A stretch of 64,000 nucleotides of DNA from an uncultured Gemmatimonadales bacterium. GTDB taxonomy: Bacteria; Gemmatimonadota; Gemmatimonadetes; Gemmatimonadales; GWC2-71-9. The position numbers and the translations under genes are program-made. Numbering within the stretch: the stretch's first letter is position 1; every line of letters starts with the position of its first letter. Under the pieces are notes generated by a model. It was given only the letters and a program-made list of their open reading frames with translations. It made no database searches and was not told the DNA's origin. Below are positions 62,613 through 64,000 of the stretch, in pieces. The DNA lies in contig CAWHFW010000005.1 of NCBI GenBank assembly GCA_963828735.1, forward strand, positions 2,528,001 to 2,592,000. Direction: 5' to 3'.

Positions 62613-64000
62613 GTGTCTCGCTTGTTGGCCACAACCGCCACGACTCCCGAGGATCTGCTCGCGGGTCCGATTCGTGGCGAGCTCCTCGGTGCCGAGCACC
62701 TCGCGGAGCGCGCCCGGCTCCTCGCGCGCTCCCAGCGCGTGGCGGCCAAACCCACGCGGCGGCGGGCGCGCCTCCTGGTGCGGCTGGACGAGACCCGCGC
62801 CATCATCGACCAGGCCCACGAGCAACTGGCCGGGGCCGCGGACCGGGAGGTCAACGTCAGCCCGGCCGGCGACTGGCTGCTCGACAACCTCCACGTCGTG
62901 CAGGAGCACATCCGGGAGGTCCGCGACAGCCTGCCCCGGGGGTACTACCGGGAGCTGCCGGAGCTGGCGAGCGGCGCCTTGGCGGGCTATCCCCGCGTCT
63001 ACGAGATCGCGATCACGTTGATCTCGCACACCGAGGCGCGGATCGAGCTCGAGAGCGTCGACCTCTTCCTCGGTGCGTTCCAGCAGGTACGGCCGCTACT
63101 CATCGGCGAGCTCTGGGCCATCCCGGCGATGCTGCGGCTCGGTCTGATCGAGAGCGTCCGCCGGATGGCGCTGCGCACGGTAGGTCGGCTCGACGAGCTC
63201 CAGACCGCGGACAGGTGGGCCGCGCTCCTCTCCGACCTCGGCGACCGGACCGCCGAGGCCACCGCGGCGCTTCACGATTTCGTCAGCGACCCGCCGCCCC
63301 TCACGCCGACCTTCGTCTCCCGGCTGCTCACGCAGCTCCGCGCGGCGAGCGGCGCGTACCCGCCGCTGATCCGGCTCGAAGACTGGATCGCCGAACAGGG
63401 GATGCACGCCGAAGAAGCGGCGGCGCGCGCCAACGAGCGAGTCGCGCTGACGCAGCTCACGATGGCCAACAGCATCACCAGTCTCCGCGGGATCGCCCGC
63501 ATGGACTGGGAAGCCTTCGTCGAGCGGCAGAGCACGATGGAGGCGGTCCTCCGGCGAGACCCGGCCGGTGTCTACGAGGGGATGACGTTCGACACGCGGG
63601 ACCAGTATCGCCACGTGGTCGAGCGCATCGCCAAGCGCTGTGCCAAGGACGAGCCATCGGTGGCGCAGGTCGCCATCGACCGCGCGCTGGCCGCGCCCAC
63701 CAACGGGGCGGGGGAGGCGGACCGGCGACGGCACGTCGGCTACTACCTCGTGGACGACGGCCTGACCGAGCTGGAACGGCTGTGCGAGTTCCGGCCGCCC
63801 GCGGGCCTCAGGCTGTACCGCTGGGCACTGCGCCACCCGAACGTCGTCTTCGTGGGCGGGGTTCTCGCGGGCACCGTCGCGGCGATCCTCGCCGTCCTCT
63901 GGCTTGCGGGGCCGGACGCGCGGGCGGTCTGGCCGGTCGTGCTCCTGTTCGCGCTCATCCCGGCGAACGACATCGGCGTGAGCGCGATGAACCAGCTGAT
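62613..64000 (+). CDS. ndvB: Cyclic beta-1,2-glucan synthase (NdvB/Cgs-like), N-terminal part; runs off the right edge
   Basis: Hand translation: PIRGELLGAEHLAERA, PAGDWLLDN, GYYRELPEL, GYPRVY, IGELWAIP.MLR, DPAGVY.GM.FDTRDQYRH.VE. Confidence 0.88.
   Translation, partial: MSRLLATTATTPEDLLAGPIRGELLGAEHLAERARLLARSQRVAAKPTRRRARLLVRLDETRAIIDQAHEQLAGAADREVNVSPAGDWLLDNLHVVQEHIREVRDSLPRGYYRELPELASGALAGYPRVYEIAITLISHTEARIELESVDLFLGAFQQVRPLLIGELWAIPAMLRLGLIESVRRMALRTVGRLDELQTADRWAALLSDLGDRTAEATAALHDFVSDPPPLTPTFVSRLLTQLRAASGAYPPLIRLEDWIAEQGMHAEEAAARANERVALTQLTMANSITSLRGIARMDWEAFVERQSTMEAVLRRDPAGVYEGMTFDTRDQYRHVVERIAKRCAKDEPSVAQVAIDRALAAPTNGAGEADRRRHVGYYLVDDGLTELERLCEFRPPAGLRLYRWALRHPNVVFVGGVLAGTVAAILAVLWLAGPDARAVWPVVLLFALIPANDIGVSAMNQL

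Overview
High-GC bacterial chromosomal segment. It is probably Gemmatimonadota-like, an inference from the protein families present, not proof. It holds about 55 mostly metabolic and envelope genes and no rRNA, tRNA, CRISPR array or transposase. Recognisable parts: a PQQ alcohol dehydrogenase (partial), nitronate monooxygenase plus alpha-carbonic anhydrase with a scrambled second copy, a GH15 hydrolase, a four-domain multicopper oxidase, xth, a DES1-like desaturase, a selenocysteine formate dehydrogenase operon (in-frame UGA plus SECIS), a GT2/LAB_N/ArnT lipid A-modification trio, three Ser/Thr kinases, an SBP56/methanethiol oxidase-like gene, PPi-type PEPCK and the start of a cyclic beta-1,2-glucan synthase. 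The best candidate for an undescribed system is the divergent island at about 40.2-46.1 kb: XRE regulator, csp and rpsU on +, and an ABM-like gene, groES, groEL, an HTH gene, a CBM-like gene and a pseudo-receiver on -. It has back-to-back sigma70 promoters, operator-like palindromes and terminator-like hairpins inside the predicted transcripts, which suggests Csp-dependent antitermination. Next are an orphan RiPP-like peptide behind a TPR gene, a circularly reordered multicopper oxidase, an ECF sigma coupled to an alpha/beta-hydrolase-kinase fusion, and a three-copy palindromic repeat family. Several frameshifts look like sequencing errors. All calls come from reading motifs by eye; no searches were run.
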